A stretch of DNA of 64,000 nt from Candidatus Moranbacteria bacterium RIFCSPHIGHO2_01_FULL_55_24 (GCA_001786575.1 MFRW01000009.1:24979-88978); one strand, 5' to 3'; shown: positions 8,470 through 16,765, counted from the stretch's first letter. Notes: generated by a model not told the origin, from the sequence alone. A program made the numbers and translations.

Positions 8470-8847
8470 CTATCTCGACTCATCGCGCAGCAGCCCGTCT
8501 TCTTTGCGGTCTTCTATGATCCGAATGAGCACTGCTTTGATGTGTCCGGTAGCCTTCTCCTCGCCCACGACAATGACCTGATCGCCGATCTGCAGGCCAT
8601 CTTGCTGTGTCCGCACCCCTTCCTTTACTACGGTCTGCTTGTCAGTATCGATGATGCGTTCATGGGCTTTGGCATCTGAAAGAACAAAGCCGCTCTCGGT
8701 TATCTGGATAACCTCTCCGAAATAGTGGTTCCCTTGCCACCGCAGATAACTGTGCGCCCCGATAAAGAAGACTCCCACGCCTACAAGCAAGATGCAGACT
8801 GGAATGAGTATGGATCTAGCGGGGATGTTTTTATATGATAGTTTCAT
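8470..8847 (-). CDS. hypothetical membrane-anchored protein (125 aa)
   Basis: N-terminal TM segment followed by a small soluble domain. No SD. Confidence 0.5.
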   Translation of the reverse strand: MKLSYKNIPARSILIPVCILLVGVGVFFIGAHSYLRWQGNHYFGEVIQITESGFVLSDAKAHERIIDTDKQTVVKEGVRTQQDGLQIGDQVIVVGEEKATGHIKAVLIRIIEDRKEDGLLRDESR

Positions 8848-8869
8848 ATGACAGATGTGAAGAAGATAC

Positions 8870-9040
8870 CTAATCCCATTTTTGTCCGAGGATATAGCCG
8901 GCGTAGATGCCGAGAAATCCTCCGATGGCGCTCCAGAATACGGATGCGATAGAAAAAGCGCTCTCGCCCCAGAGGGTCGGGATATAGCCTCCGAGAAATG
9001 TGCCTATGAAGAGAAGGAGAAAAACGAACTTTTTGGTCAT
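8870..9040 (-). CDS. small GlsB/YeaQ/YmgE-family (transglycosylase-associated) membrane protein, 56 aa
   Basis: MTKKFVFLLLFIGTFLGGYIP...AIGGFLGIYAGYILG has two TM segments with GxxxG repeats. The ORF-track start at 9088 is a TTG. ATG at 9040 preferred. Confidence 0.55.
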   Translation of the reverse strand: MTKKFVFLLLFIGTFLGGYIPTLWGESAFSIASVFWSAIGGFLGIYAGYILGQKWD

Positions 9041-9093
9041 AATGTGTCTGTCTTGCAGGAGGATGTCACAACCTTTTTTATGGCTCAAAACTA

Positions 9094-9126
9094 GTATATC
9101 AGATAAAGAAAAAGGCGACCTCTTGA
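9094..9126 (-). terminator. terminator hairpin plus T-run downstream of the PEBP gene
   Basis: Minus strand reads aggcga-N12-tcgcct followed by tttttcttt. A second perfect hairpin ctgcttc-agat-gaagcag plus TTTT lies at 9127-9148 on the plus strand. Confidence 0.5.
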
Positions 9127-9219
9127 GAGATCGCCTCTGCTTCAGATGAAGCAGTTTTAGAGAAGCGGCACTTTGGCATATTGACCACCTGGAACGAACG
9201 GGAAGATCCAGGTATCTTT

Positions 9220-9663
9220 TCAGCGTTTGCGATCATACAGGCCGATGAGTTCCGTCTGGGCGAGGATATGTCCCTCCATCATCCGTTCCACCTTTTCCTT
9301 GGTCGCGGATGAAGGCAGCGAGACAAGGGTATCGAGAGCGTAGAGCTTGAAGAAATAGCGGTGCTCCCGATCCGGAGGGCACGGGCCGCCATAGGCCGAG
9401 CGTCCGAAGCTCGTCATCCCCTGCACGGCGCCTGTCGGCACGGAATGTTCCGCGATGCTTGTGATACTCGGGTCGATATTCCAGAGCACCCAATGCACCC
9501 AGGTGCCTCGCGGGGCATCCGGATCATCCATGATAAGCGCAAAGCTTTCGGTCTCTTTCGGCGCACCGCTCCACGCAAGCGGCGGGTTCGCATTCTTTCC
9601 GTCGCAAGTATAGTGCGCGGGTATCGGTCCGTTATGCTTGAATGCAGGAGAGGTGAGATTCAT
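9220..9663 (-). CDS. YbhB/YbcL-family PEBP (Raf-kinase-inhibitor-like) protein
   Basis: PEBP core motifs ...ALIMDDPDAP...WVHWVLWNI... and YFFKLYALD. Start at MNLTSPAFKHNG (ATG 9663). Longer track ORF to 9792 is rejected. Confidence 0.75.
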   Translation of the reverse strand: MNLTSPAFKHNGPIPAHYTCDGKNANPPLAWSGAPKETESFALIMDDPDAPRGTWVHWVLWNIDPSITSIAEHSVPTGAVQGMTSFGRSAYGGPCPPDREHRYFFKLYALDTLVSLPSSATKEKVERMMEGHILAQTELIGLYDRKR

Positions 9664-9676
9664 AACGTCAGTATAT

Positions 9677-9713
9677 AGAAAAAATCTCCCTGTCGCCATC
9701 TGGCAACAGGGAG
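9677..9713 (-). terminator. Rho-independent terminator after gene 9720-10283
   Basis: ctccctgt-N12-acagggag followed on the minus strand by attttttct. Confidence 0.55.
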
Positions 9714-9719
9714 AAGAAT

Positions 9720-10283
9720 TTAGCCAAGGGAAATCTGTGATACTCCGAGAAATCTCCGAAGGAATTCCTGGCCGATAAGCGTTCCGAGCCATTGAATCGT
9801 GGTATTTACCACGAGAACATCGCGATCGTCTACAGGAGTGGCTCCGCGATACATTGCGTCCAGAGGATTTTCCGGGGTCGGCCTTTCATCGAGAATAGCA
9901 TGCACGGGAGTGCTTCCGAAGTTCACTATCCTTTCAGGGATACATTCCGCTTCCCACAACTCCGCGATGATATGCTCGGGAGTTTTTACAGGGAAGTCCA
10001 GTCGTTTCTTGAAGTTCGGCAAGCGTCTATTGATTGCGCCGAGTGAGAGCCGTCTCTCCTGTCTGCTCGGCCGATGGAATTCGAGCGGCGGAGCCTTGTG
10101 GAGATGCCGGATTTCCGGGACAACTCTCCCTTCGATAATATTTTGCAGACTTTGCATAACTGAAGCCCGATTCAACTTCCCCTCTTCGATTCGCCGGACA
10201 ATTTCGCTTAATTTCCGGTGGAGAGCGCCAAGGTCTTCGTTGGCAATCTTATAACCGTCTCCGACAGTTTTCACCGTCTCCAT
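9720..10283 (-). CDS. hypothetical protein (187 aa)
   Basis: Long ORF with protein-like composition. No recognisable family. Confidence 0.5.
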   Translation of the reverse strand: METVKTVGDGYKIANEDLGALHRKLSEIVRRIEEGKLNRASVMQSLQNIIEGRVVPEIRHLHKAPPLEFHRPSRQERRLSLGAINRRLPNFKKRLDFPVKTPEHIIAELWEAECIPERIVNFGSTPVHAILDERPTPENPLDAMYRGATPVDDRDVLVVNTTIQWLGTLIGQEFLRRFLGVSQISLG

Positions 10284-10578
10284 TGTGACAGTCCTTTCAT
10301 CTAGATTTGAAGGTACGCTTTACAGTGGATATAGATTGACATTCAGGCATAATTTTGTCAAAAAACTCTAGTAAATAAAAGGGCCCCTTGAATGTTCGAA
10401 CCCCTCGCTCCATAAAAGCAAAAAACTACCCCTTTCGGGATAGTTGTTTGCCTTATTGTTGGGGCTATGGGACGATGTTGGAACCTTTTTAGCTCAAAAT
10501 CAGTATAGCAGAAAAGATTGATCTGATCCGAGGACTATGGTAAATTCTAGCTAATCAAAGCTAGAGGAGGAAGTTCTG

Positions 10579-10869
10579 ATGAGTTCTATTCGTATCACAG
10601 CGGTGCCACCCGGATTTGCACCTGAGTACATCAGGGAGCAATGGGTAGGTGTAACCATTCCCATGCCTTCCGCACAGGAGCTCGCAGAGTATCCAGTCTC
10701 CGATATGAGAATCGGGAGCGAAAACCTTGAAGGCTATCTGGTCTTTCGAGAAAAAGCCATTGAAGCTCTCATGGAAGCTGGCAAAAAAGAAGCTGCGCTT
10801 TTCTGGGACGGACTTCTTCTGGGAAAATACCTGCAATTTAGGAAGGATGGATGCGAAGTTGTCGACTGA
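10579..10869 (+). CDS. hypothetical small protein (96 aa)
   Basis: Strong SD gAGGAGGaagttctg ATG. Possible promoter TTGATC-17-TAAATT with TG extension upstream. Followed by a terminator. Confidence 0.5.
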   Translation: MSSIRITAVPPGFAPEYIREQWVGVTIPMPSAQELAEYPVSDMRIGSENLEGYLVFREKAIEALMEAGKKEAALFWDGLLLGKYLQFRKDGCEVVD

Positions 10870-10891
10870 TGTCGGCGAGCGGTTAGTATGT

Positions 10892-10928
10892 GGCGTTGGA
10901 TGATTTGATCCAACGCCTTTTAAATTTT
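10892..10928 (+). terminator. Rho-independent terminator
   Basis: ggcgttggat-gatttg-atccaacgcc plus ttttaaatttt. Confidence 0.65.
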
Positions 10929-10933
10929 GTCAG

Positions 10934-11005
10934 TTGGGGAGGAGGGATTCGAACCCCCGCATCATAGGACCAGAACCTATTGCCTTACCGCTTGGCTACT
11001 CCCCA
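10934..11005 (-). tRNA. tRNA-Gln (anticodon CUG)
   Basis: Minus-strand cloverleaf UGGGGAG / D-arm GCCAAGCGGUAAGGCA (as in E. coli tRNA-Gln) / anticodon loop UUCUGGU / T-arm GGGGG-UUCGAAU-CCCUC / CUCCCCA-A. CCA is not encoded. Confidence 0.9.
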
Positions 11006-11102
11006 ATATCTTAGAACCCAGGGAGTCTGCTCCCCAGGAATTCAGGTTCCATCCTACCCTAAAACCCGGAAAAGTTCAAGAGAAAAGAAAAGCCCAGTAT
11101 TT

Positions 11103-11267
11103 CTAGTGGGCTTTTAGGAAGGGAAGGTATTTGACCAAGCCGAGTGGACCTATGAAGAGACATAGGAACACGATGAGAATCAAAGCGGCGAGAATGGCCT
11201 TTTGAACCCATAGTGCTTCTTCTTGTTCGATACGGCTTTTGGTAAAGTCGTAGTCTTGCTTCTTCAT
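11103..11267 (-). CDS. small membrane protein (54 aa), below the ORF-track cutoff
   Basis: ATG preceded by agGGAGGagagaa. Encodes MKKQDYDFTKSRIEQEEALWVQKAILAALILIVFLCLFIGPLGLVKYLPFLKAH with one TM segment. Hairpin agccca-N10-tgggct plus T-run follows the stop. Confidence 0.45.
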   Translation of the reverse strand: MKKQDYDFTKSRIEQEEALWVQKAILAALILIVFLCLFIGPLGLVKYLPFLKAH

Positions 11268-11317
11268 TTCTCTCCTCCCTTTCTGGATGGAGTTTCAAAA
11301 GAACTCTGGAAACTTCT

Positions 11318-12232
11318 CTATACCTTGAGATACCTCCGGATTGCGATAGCGCTGGAAACCACTCCCAAGCCCATGCCGAGGAGGATAAGCCCCAGCAGTA
11401 TGAACCCGAAGTTCTGAAGATAGAGATTCATGAAGTTCCCCTGCGGAATAGCGCCCTGGGTCAGCGGCGAGATGTAGTAGGCGATCCCGAAGAGCAGGAA
11501 AATGGTGACTATCGCTGCCGAAAGGCCGTAGAGAATACCCTCGAAGATGAACGGCGTCCGTACGTAGAGGTTGGAGGCTCCCACGAGGCGCATGATCTCG
11601 AATTCCTGGCGGTGCGAATAGATGGTGATGCGGATAGTGTTGAAGGTGATGAGGATGGCGATGAAGATGAAGGAGAACCCGATGGCGATGCCGGACTTCC
11701 GGGTCGCCTCGTTGATACGCTCCAGACGCTCGAAGATGCGTTTGTTTTCCTCGTAGTTGATGCGGCTGATGTCGTTCTGGAACGTAGACTTCTGGAGCTG
11801 CTCTACGATGAGCGGGTAGTCCTCCGGGTTGACGGCCTTGATATTGAGCGAGGCCAGAAGCGGGTTTTCGCCGATCTCCTCTATCGCCTGGGCGATGACC
11901 GGGTTGTTCTTGGCGAGAAAGTCCTCGAGCGCCCGCTCGCGCGAGACATACTGCACCGAAGCGATCTCCTTACCGTACTTCGAGAGCTCTTTCTGGATCT
12001 CAAGGATGCGTTCTTCCGTGACGTCCGGGTTGAAGGAGACGTTGACGCTCACCTTTTCGCGCATCGTGTCTAAGATGAGGCTCGTGGTGACGCCGAGGAG
12101 GACCGAGAGGCTCACGATGAAGAGCGAGAGCGTGAGAATGCTCACCGTAGCGAAAGACAACCACCCATTGCGGCGGAAATTCTGCCATCCTTCCTTGAAT
12201 GTTCTCCAGAGTTTGAGGGTTTTGTTTGACAT
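11318..12232 (-). CDS. ftsX: cell-division ABC transporter permease FtsX
   Basis: FtsX topology (TM1, large extracytoplasmic loop, three C-terminal TMs) immediately downstream of ftsE. ATG at 12232 avoids the 38-nt overlap of the track start at 12277. Confidence 0.85.
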   Translation of the reverse strand: MSNKTLKLWRTFKEGWQNFRRNGWLSFATVSILTLSLFIVSLSVLLGVTTSLILDTMREKVSVNVSFNPDVTEERILEIQKELSKYGKEIASVQYVSRERALEDFLAKNNPVIAQAIEEIGENPLLASLNIKAVNPEDYPLIVEQLQKSTFQNDISRINYEENKRIFERLERINEATRKSGIAIGFSFIFIAILITFNTIRITIYSHRQEFEIMRLVGASNLYVRTPFIFEGILYGLSAAIVTIFLLFGIAYYISPLTQGAIPQGNFMNLYLQNFGFILLGLILLGMGLGVVSSAIAIRRYLKV

Positions 12233-12239
12233 AGGCGTT

Positions 12240-12965
12240 TTAGAGTTTGAGGGCTGTTTTGGGAGCGGGGACGACATACTTGCCGTGCATCTCGTCGCTT
12301 ACGATATGGCCGTCGTCGAGCGCGATGACGCGCCGGCCGATATTGTCGACGATCCCCTTGTTGTGGGTCGCCAGGAGGATAGTCGTTCCGAAGGAATTGA
12401 TCTCCAGGAGCAAGTGGATGATCTCGTCCGTTGAACGCGGGTCGAGGTTTCCGGTCGGCTCATCCGCGATGATGACCTTGGGCCGGTGGATCAGGGCGCG
12501 GGCCAATGCGACGCGCTGCTGCTCGCCTCCGGAAAGCTGTTTGGGGAATTTGTGCATCTTGTCGCCGAGGCCCACGATGTCGAGGATTTCCGGCACCTGG
12601 GCATTGATCTCCTCGGTGCTCACCCCGTCCACTTCGAGCGCGTAGGCGACGTTTTCGAACGCGGTACGCTGCGGCAGGAGCTTGAAGTCCTGGAACACGG
12701 TCCCGATGTTACGCCGATAGTATGGCAAGTGCTTCCTGTTGATCTTCCCGACGGGACGTTCGTTGAAGTAGACTTCCCCTTCCGTAGGGATTTCCTCGGC
12801 GGAGATGAGCTTCAGGAGCGTAGATTTCCCAGCGCCGGATGGCCCTACGAGCGACACGAACTCGCCGGGCATGATGGACACGCTCACGTTCTCGAGCACA
12901 TTCGGATTGTGGGGAAAAGTCTTGGTGACGTTCTCGAAGCGGATAATAGGCTGGATGTCTGCCAT
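12240..12965 (-). CDS. ftsE: cell-division ATP-binding protein FtsE
   Basis: Walker A GPSGAGKST, ABC signature LSGGEQQRVALARAL, Walker B IIADEPTGNLD. Sits in the prfB-ftsE-ftsX arrangement. Confidence 0.9.
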   Translation of the reverse strand: MADIQPIIRFENVTKTFPHNPNVLENVSVSIMPGEFVSLVGPSGAGKSTLLKLISAEEIPTEGEVYFNERPVGKINRKHLPYYRRNIGTVFQDFKLLPQRTAFENVAYALEVDGVSTEEINAQVPEILDIVGLGDKMHKFPKQLSGGEQQRVALARALIHRPKVIIADEPTGNLDPRSTDEIIHLLLEINSFGTTILLATHNKGIVDNIGRRVIALDDGHIVSDEMHGKYVVPAPKTALKL

Positions 12966-12986
12966 AGGTTCTTCTGAAATGTTGTT

Positions 12987-14079
12987 TTAATTTTTTGAAA
13001 AATAGCGGAGCTCGCTTTCTATGAACGGCTGGAGGTCGCCGTCGAGCACTTTCTGGGCATCGCTGGTCTCGGTACCGGTCCGATGATCTTTGACGAGGGT
13101 ATACGGATGCAGCACGTATGAGCGGATCTGATTCCCCCATTCGGCGCTCTTGTACTCGCCTCGGAGCTTCTGCTTCTCGCGTTCCTGCTCCTCGATGCGC
13201 TCCTGGAGCACCTTCGAGCGCAGCATCTTCATGGCTTCTTCGCGGTTCTGGAGCTGGGAGCGCTCGCTCTGCGAGGCTGCCACCAATCCCGTAGGGATAT
13301 GCGTGATGCGGACGGCGCTCTCGGTCTTGTTCACATGCTGGCCGCCTGCCCCGCTGGCGCGGTAGGTGTCGATCCGCAGATCTTCCGGGCGGATCTCGAT
13401 CGCCGTATCGTCATCGACGACCGGCATGATTTCGACCGAAGCGAAAGATGTCTGGCGCAGGTTATTGGCATTGAAGGGCGAGAGGCGTACCAGCCGATGG
13501 ATGCCCGCTTCGCCTCGGAGATATCCGTAGGCATAGGCGCCATCGATCTCGATCGTCGCACTCTTGATTCCGGCTTCGCCGCCGCGCGCTTCATCCAGGA
13601 CCTTCGTCGCGAATCCTTGGCGTTCTGCGTAGCGCAGATACATGCGCAGGAGTATCTCGGCCCAATCCTGGGCGTCCACTCCGCCGGCGCCGCTCCGAAT
13701 AGTCAGGAGGACGCTCCGCATGTCGTGCTCGCCGCCGAGGAGCGTTTTCCACTCCCATGCATCGAGCTTTTCTTGGAGCGCGGCTACTTCCTTTTCCGCA
13801 GCTGCCTGGTCTTCCTCGGTGAAGCCTTCCATCGCTAGGAGAGAGGAAAGGTCGTCGAGAGATGTCCGCAGCGTTTCGAAATCAGCCTTTTCGCTCCGAA
13901 GGGTCTCGAGCTCCTGCATGATCCTCCCGGCCTTCTGGGGATCATCCCAGAATTTGGGGTCATGACTCAAAAGCTCGAGCTCCTGAATGCGCTTTTCCTT
14001 GCGCGTCCAGTCAAAGATAGTCCTGCAACTGCAGGAGTTTTTGTTGAAGAACTTGGATGTGCTCTTTGATGCTCTCCAT
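12987..14079 (-). CDS. prfB: peptide chain release factor 2 with programmed +1 ribosomal frameshift
   Basis: Frame 0 from ATG 14079 encodes MESIKEHIQVLQQKLLQLQDYL then TGA. The site CTT TGA C at 14016-14010 is preceded by an SD-like AGGAC. The +1 frame continues DWTRKEKRIQEL... through the SPF and GGQ motifs to the stop at 12987. The ORF-track N-terminus (first 56 codons) is spurious read-through. Confidence 0.9.
14011..14024 (-). other. prfB: prfB +1 frameshift cassette (internal SD AGGAC, slippery CUU, in-frame UGA, then C)
   Basis: Minus strand reads cAGGACtatCTTTGAC, nearly identical to E. coli AGGGGGtatCTTTGAC. Confidence 0.85.
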
Positions 14080-14086
14080 AGGAAAA

Positions 14087-14095
14087 AGTATACCA
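14087..14095 (-). promoter_or_regulatory. extended -10 element TGgTATACT ending 7 nt before the prfB ATG (possibly leaderless)
   Basis: No convincing -35. No SD between the -10 and the start codon. Confidence 0.35.
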
Positions 14096-14274
14096 TATTT
14101 CCGAAGCGCAAAAAAGAAATGCCGCGCTCTGTCGGCGAGGGTTGAACTTTTTCCCATTTTGCGCTAGGATAAGAAACGTTTTCCCGTGCCACCTTAGCTC
14201 GCAGCGGGTAGAGCGATGCCTTTCCGCCAGAGGCGGATATACTGCACGCAGAGGTATTTTTCAACTTTCAATAA

Positions 14275-14347
14275 GCCAAGATAGCTCAGTCGGCAGAGCG
14301 GCGCATTCGTAACGCGCAGGTCCCGGGTTCGATCCCCGGTCTTGGCT
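14275..14347 (+). tRNA. tRNA-Thr (anticodon CGU)
   Basis: Acceptor GCCAAGA / UCUUGGC, D-arm GCUC-AGUCGGCA-GAGC, anticodon loop UUCGUAA, T-arm CCGGG-UUCGAUC-CCCGG. CCA is not encoded. Confidence 0.9.
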
Positions 14348-14352
14348 CATAG

Positions 14353-14384
14353 AAAAAACAGCCCTTTCGGGGCTGTTTTCTTTT
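14353..14384. terminator. bidirectional Rho-independent terminator
   Basis: aaaaaacagccc-tttcg-gggctgttttctttt serves tRNA-Thr (+) and the convergent DsbA-like gene (-). Confidence 0.7.
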
Positions 14385-14397
14385 GGAGAGAAATCTG

Positions 14398-15432
14398 TTA
14401 CTCCCCTTGCGGAAGCGCCTTGGCAATTCTTTCCTCCAGCGTAGCCGCGTCCACGGCTCCGTTCAAGAGCGTGTCCCCGACGAAGGTGCTCGGAGTGCCG
14501 GAGATGCCGTAGTTCTCGGCAGAGAGGGCGTCTGCGCGGAGCTTGTCCTGCTGTTTCTCCTCGCCGAGGCAGGCTTCGAAGCGTCGGCCATCGAGGCGGA
14601 GCTGCCAAGCGGCATTCGTGAACCAGCGTTGCCCCGACTGATTCCCCCACTCGTTCTGGCGGGCGAAGAGCTGATTGGCATATTCCGGAAACTTCCCTTG
14701 TTCCGCTGCGCACTGGGCGGCTACGGCGGCGTTCTCGGCCTGGGCGTGGAACGAGAGCGGCAGGTGCCGATAGACGAACGCTACGTCCTTGCCGTGCTTC
14801 TTCCGGGCGTCCTCGAGCGTCTTGTGGAATTGCTTGCAGTACTCGCACTGGAAATCCGTGTAAACGAACACTTTGAGCGGCGCGTTCTGGTCGCCCAAGA
14901 CGATGTCGCCAGGCTCGATGCTCGGTGCTTCGAGGTACTTGCCGGCCGGCAGTCCCAGCGGAGCCATATTGAAGGCGTAGCGGTTGTCCTGCTCCTGGAA
15001 GAGGCTTTGGGCCTGGGCGTAGAAATCCGTCTTGGTGACGCCGTCGGAAAAGATGAAGGCCGGGAGCGAGGTGATGTGGAAGCGCTTGATGAGCGCCTGG
15101 CCGAGTTCGCTTTCCGCTTCTACCGGTGAGGCTTCGAGGGTCGGTATGACGCGGCGCAGCCAGACGAGCGCTTCTTTGGGGCTGCAGGCTTCGCAGTCGG
15201 CTTCGGTGACGATCTGGAGGGAAACCTTGGGGTCTTTGAAGGCTACCCAGGTCTTGCCCGGTGTTTCGAGGACATCGTAGTCGCGTACGACGTGCCGCGA
15301 GAAGCCCTGGCCCGTCGCCAGCTGGACGAAGTCTACGAAGAGGCTACCGGCAAAGAGTCCGAAGAGCAGGATGACGATGGCGGAAAGGTTCTGGATGCGC
15401 TGTTCTGGGGTGAGAGGAGTTTTCGGTTCCAT
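14398..15432 (-). CDS. membrane-anchored DsbA-like thiol:disulfide oxidoreductase with two thioredoxin folds
   Basis: N-terminal TM anchor. Two CxxC motifs (CEAC and CEYC), the second in a DsbA-like context (FQCEYCKQFH). Start at MEPKTP (ATG 15432) preferred over the track start 15462. Confidence 0.7.
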   Translation of the reverse strand: MEPKTPLTPEQRIQNLSAIVILLFGLFAGSLFVDFVQLATGQGFSRHVVRDYDVLETPGKTWVAFKDPKVSLQIVTEADCEACSPKEALVWLRRVIPTLEASPVEAESELGQALIKRFHITSLPAFIFSDGVTKTDFYAQAQSLFQEQDNRYAFNMAPLGLPAGKYLEAPSIEPGDIVLGDQNAPLKVFVYTDFQCEYCKQFHKTLEDARKKHGKDVAFVYRHLPLSFHAQAENAAVAAQCAAEQGKFPEYANQLFARQNEWGNQSGQRWFTNAAWQLRLDGRRFEACLGEEKQQDKLRADALSAENYGISGTPSTFVGDTLLNGAVDAATLEERIAKALPQGE

Positions 15433-15446
15433 AATGGTGGTATCAA

Positions 15447-15803
15447 TTATTCTTTTTCGCACATGGGGCCGGCCGGTGCCGCATCGCTCGGAGCGACGGA
15501 TCCGTCGAGAGCGAGCTCTTCCTGGAGCGCGTTTATATCATAGCGCTCGGCTGTACCCGCGACCGTGTAGTCGCTGTAGCCGATAGTGAAGCTCTTCTCT
15601 GCGAAAAGCTTGATGCCGGTGCCGACGATGAGACCGCAGGCGAAGAGGATGAGGAGTTCCCGGGCCGTGAAGTCTCTCCGGATCCGGAGGGAGAGCGCGT
15701 GGGAGGATTTCTCCTTTGCTTCCCGAAGGAGCGCTTCAAGTCGGGAGAGCGCTTTCTGGAGGGCTTGGCGGATCTTGGCAATCGTGTCCTGGATATGCTC
15801 CAT
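15447..15803 (-). CDS. hypothetical single-TM protein (118 aa)
   Basis: N-terminal coiled-coil-like segment, one TM (LLILFACGLIVGTGI), short C-terminal tail. Directly upstream of the DsbA-like gene. Confidence 0.45.
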   Translation of the reverse strand: MEHIQDTIAKIRQALQKALSRLEALLREAKEKSSHALSLRIRRDFTARELLILFACGLIVGTGIKLFAEKSFTIGYSDYTVAGTAERYDINALQEELALDGSVAPSDAAPAGPMCEKE

Positions 15804-15881
15804 AGAGGGCTTTTAAATATTCCCCTCAAAGTAGCACAGGAGCCGCCGGTCTGCAACCGCTCCCCTAAGAGGAAGATCGGG

Positions 15882-15918
15882 CAAAGAAAAACGCAGTCTC
15901 ATGTTCATGAAACTGCGT
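15882..15918 (-). terminator. Rho-independent terminator
   Basis: acgcagt-N14-actgcgt, followed on the minus strand by tttttcttt. Confidence 0.55.
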
Positions 15919-15922
15919 AGAG

Positions 15923-16675
15923 TTACTTCTTGGCGAAAGCTCCGGGAGCCCGGAGGGTGGCGAATTCCCCGTCCGTATCGCCGTACCATTCGGAGATCCA
16001 GGCTTCGCAATTGTTGCTTGCCTGGCACTTCTCGTCATAGCCGTTGTACGGGACTTCCAGGTCCCGCCAGTAGTCGAGTCCCAGCTGGAGCCGGGCGGCG
16101 CCAGCGATGCGCGCTTCCACCTCGACGATGTGGCGCGTTCCCGGAGTCGTTTCGGCTCTGGGCGCGGTCCAGCCATGGTAGACATTCTGCGATGCCTCTT
16201 CCAGGCTGATGCGGAGCGCATGGTCCTTCAGGCTTTCCAGCTTGGAGGCATGATCGCCTTCGCCTGGACCGAACCATTCCGGCAGACGTTTGAAGAGCCC
16301 GCCTTCGAATCCCTTGCGGTCATTTCCGAAAGAGACTTCGCGCACGGTCTTCTCTTCGCCTGTCTCGATATTCTGTTCGATCACTTTGATGGAACGGATC
16401 TCGATCTCGGCTTTGGAGCCTTCGACGGCGCAAGGCAGGACGGTGGCGGCATTGATCCAGCCGACGACCGCCGAGTAGTCACCCGGCGTATTCTTCTCGC
16501 GGATGGTCTCGTCTTTCCAGATCGCTCCTTGCGGAACGCGGAAGGTATTGACCGACAGGTTCGGGGCCACTTCGCAGATGGTCTGTTTGACCGGGTCGGC
16601 CAAAGCTTGGCCATAGGTACTGGCGTAGGCTACCGTCAGGCCGAGCATAGCGATGGAACGCAAAACGATTCCCAT
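15923..16675 (-). CDS. secreted hypothetical protein (signal peptide MGIVLRSIAMLGLTVAYAS)
   Basis: SD GGAGGAgacct ATG. Cleavable signal peptide. Four Cys in the mature part. No known domain. Confidence 0.55.
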   Translation of the reverse strand: MGIVLRSIAMLGLTVAYASTYGQALADPVKQTICEVAPNLSVNTFRVPQGAIWKDETIREKNTPGDYSAVVGWINAATVLPCAVEGSKAEIEIRSIKVIEQNIETGEEKTVREVSFGNDRKGFEGGLFKRLPEWFGPGEGDHASKLESLKDHALRISLEEASQNVYHGWTAPRAETTPGTRHIVEVEARIAGAARLQLGLDYWRDLEVPYNGYDEKCQASNNCEAWISEWYGDTDGEFATLRAPGAFAKK

Positions 16676-16765
16676 AGGTCTCCTCCATGAGCTCCTTGTC
16701 TCAAGGAACATAAGCGGTTTACAAAAAGTCGATCCCACGCGAAACAAGCACGAAATCAACAATAT

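Noticed and set aside
9127-9148. Perfect plus-strand hairpin ctgcttc-agat-gaagcag plus TTTT with no plus-strand gene upstream.
   Set aside because: Probably the second half of a tandem hairpin terminator serving the minus-strand PEBP gene, or a fortuitous palindrome. No promoter upstream on the plus strand.
11059-11417. Track ORFs 11059-11298(-) and 11223-11417(+) between ftsX and tRNA-Gln.
   Set aside because: Neither has an SD or protein-like composition. The 54-codon SD-preceded minus-strand ORF 11103-11267 in a different frame explains the region better.
12987-14264. Track ORF giving RF2 a 56-residue N-terminal extension (MKNTSACSIS...).
   Set aside because: This extension is the +1 frame read backwards through the frameshift site. 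The real N-terminus is the 22-codon frame-0 ORF from ATG 14079 joined at CTT TGA C.
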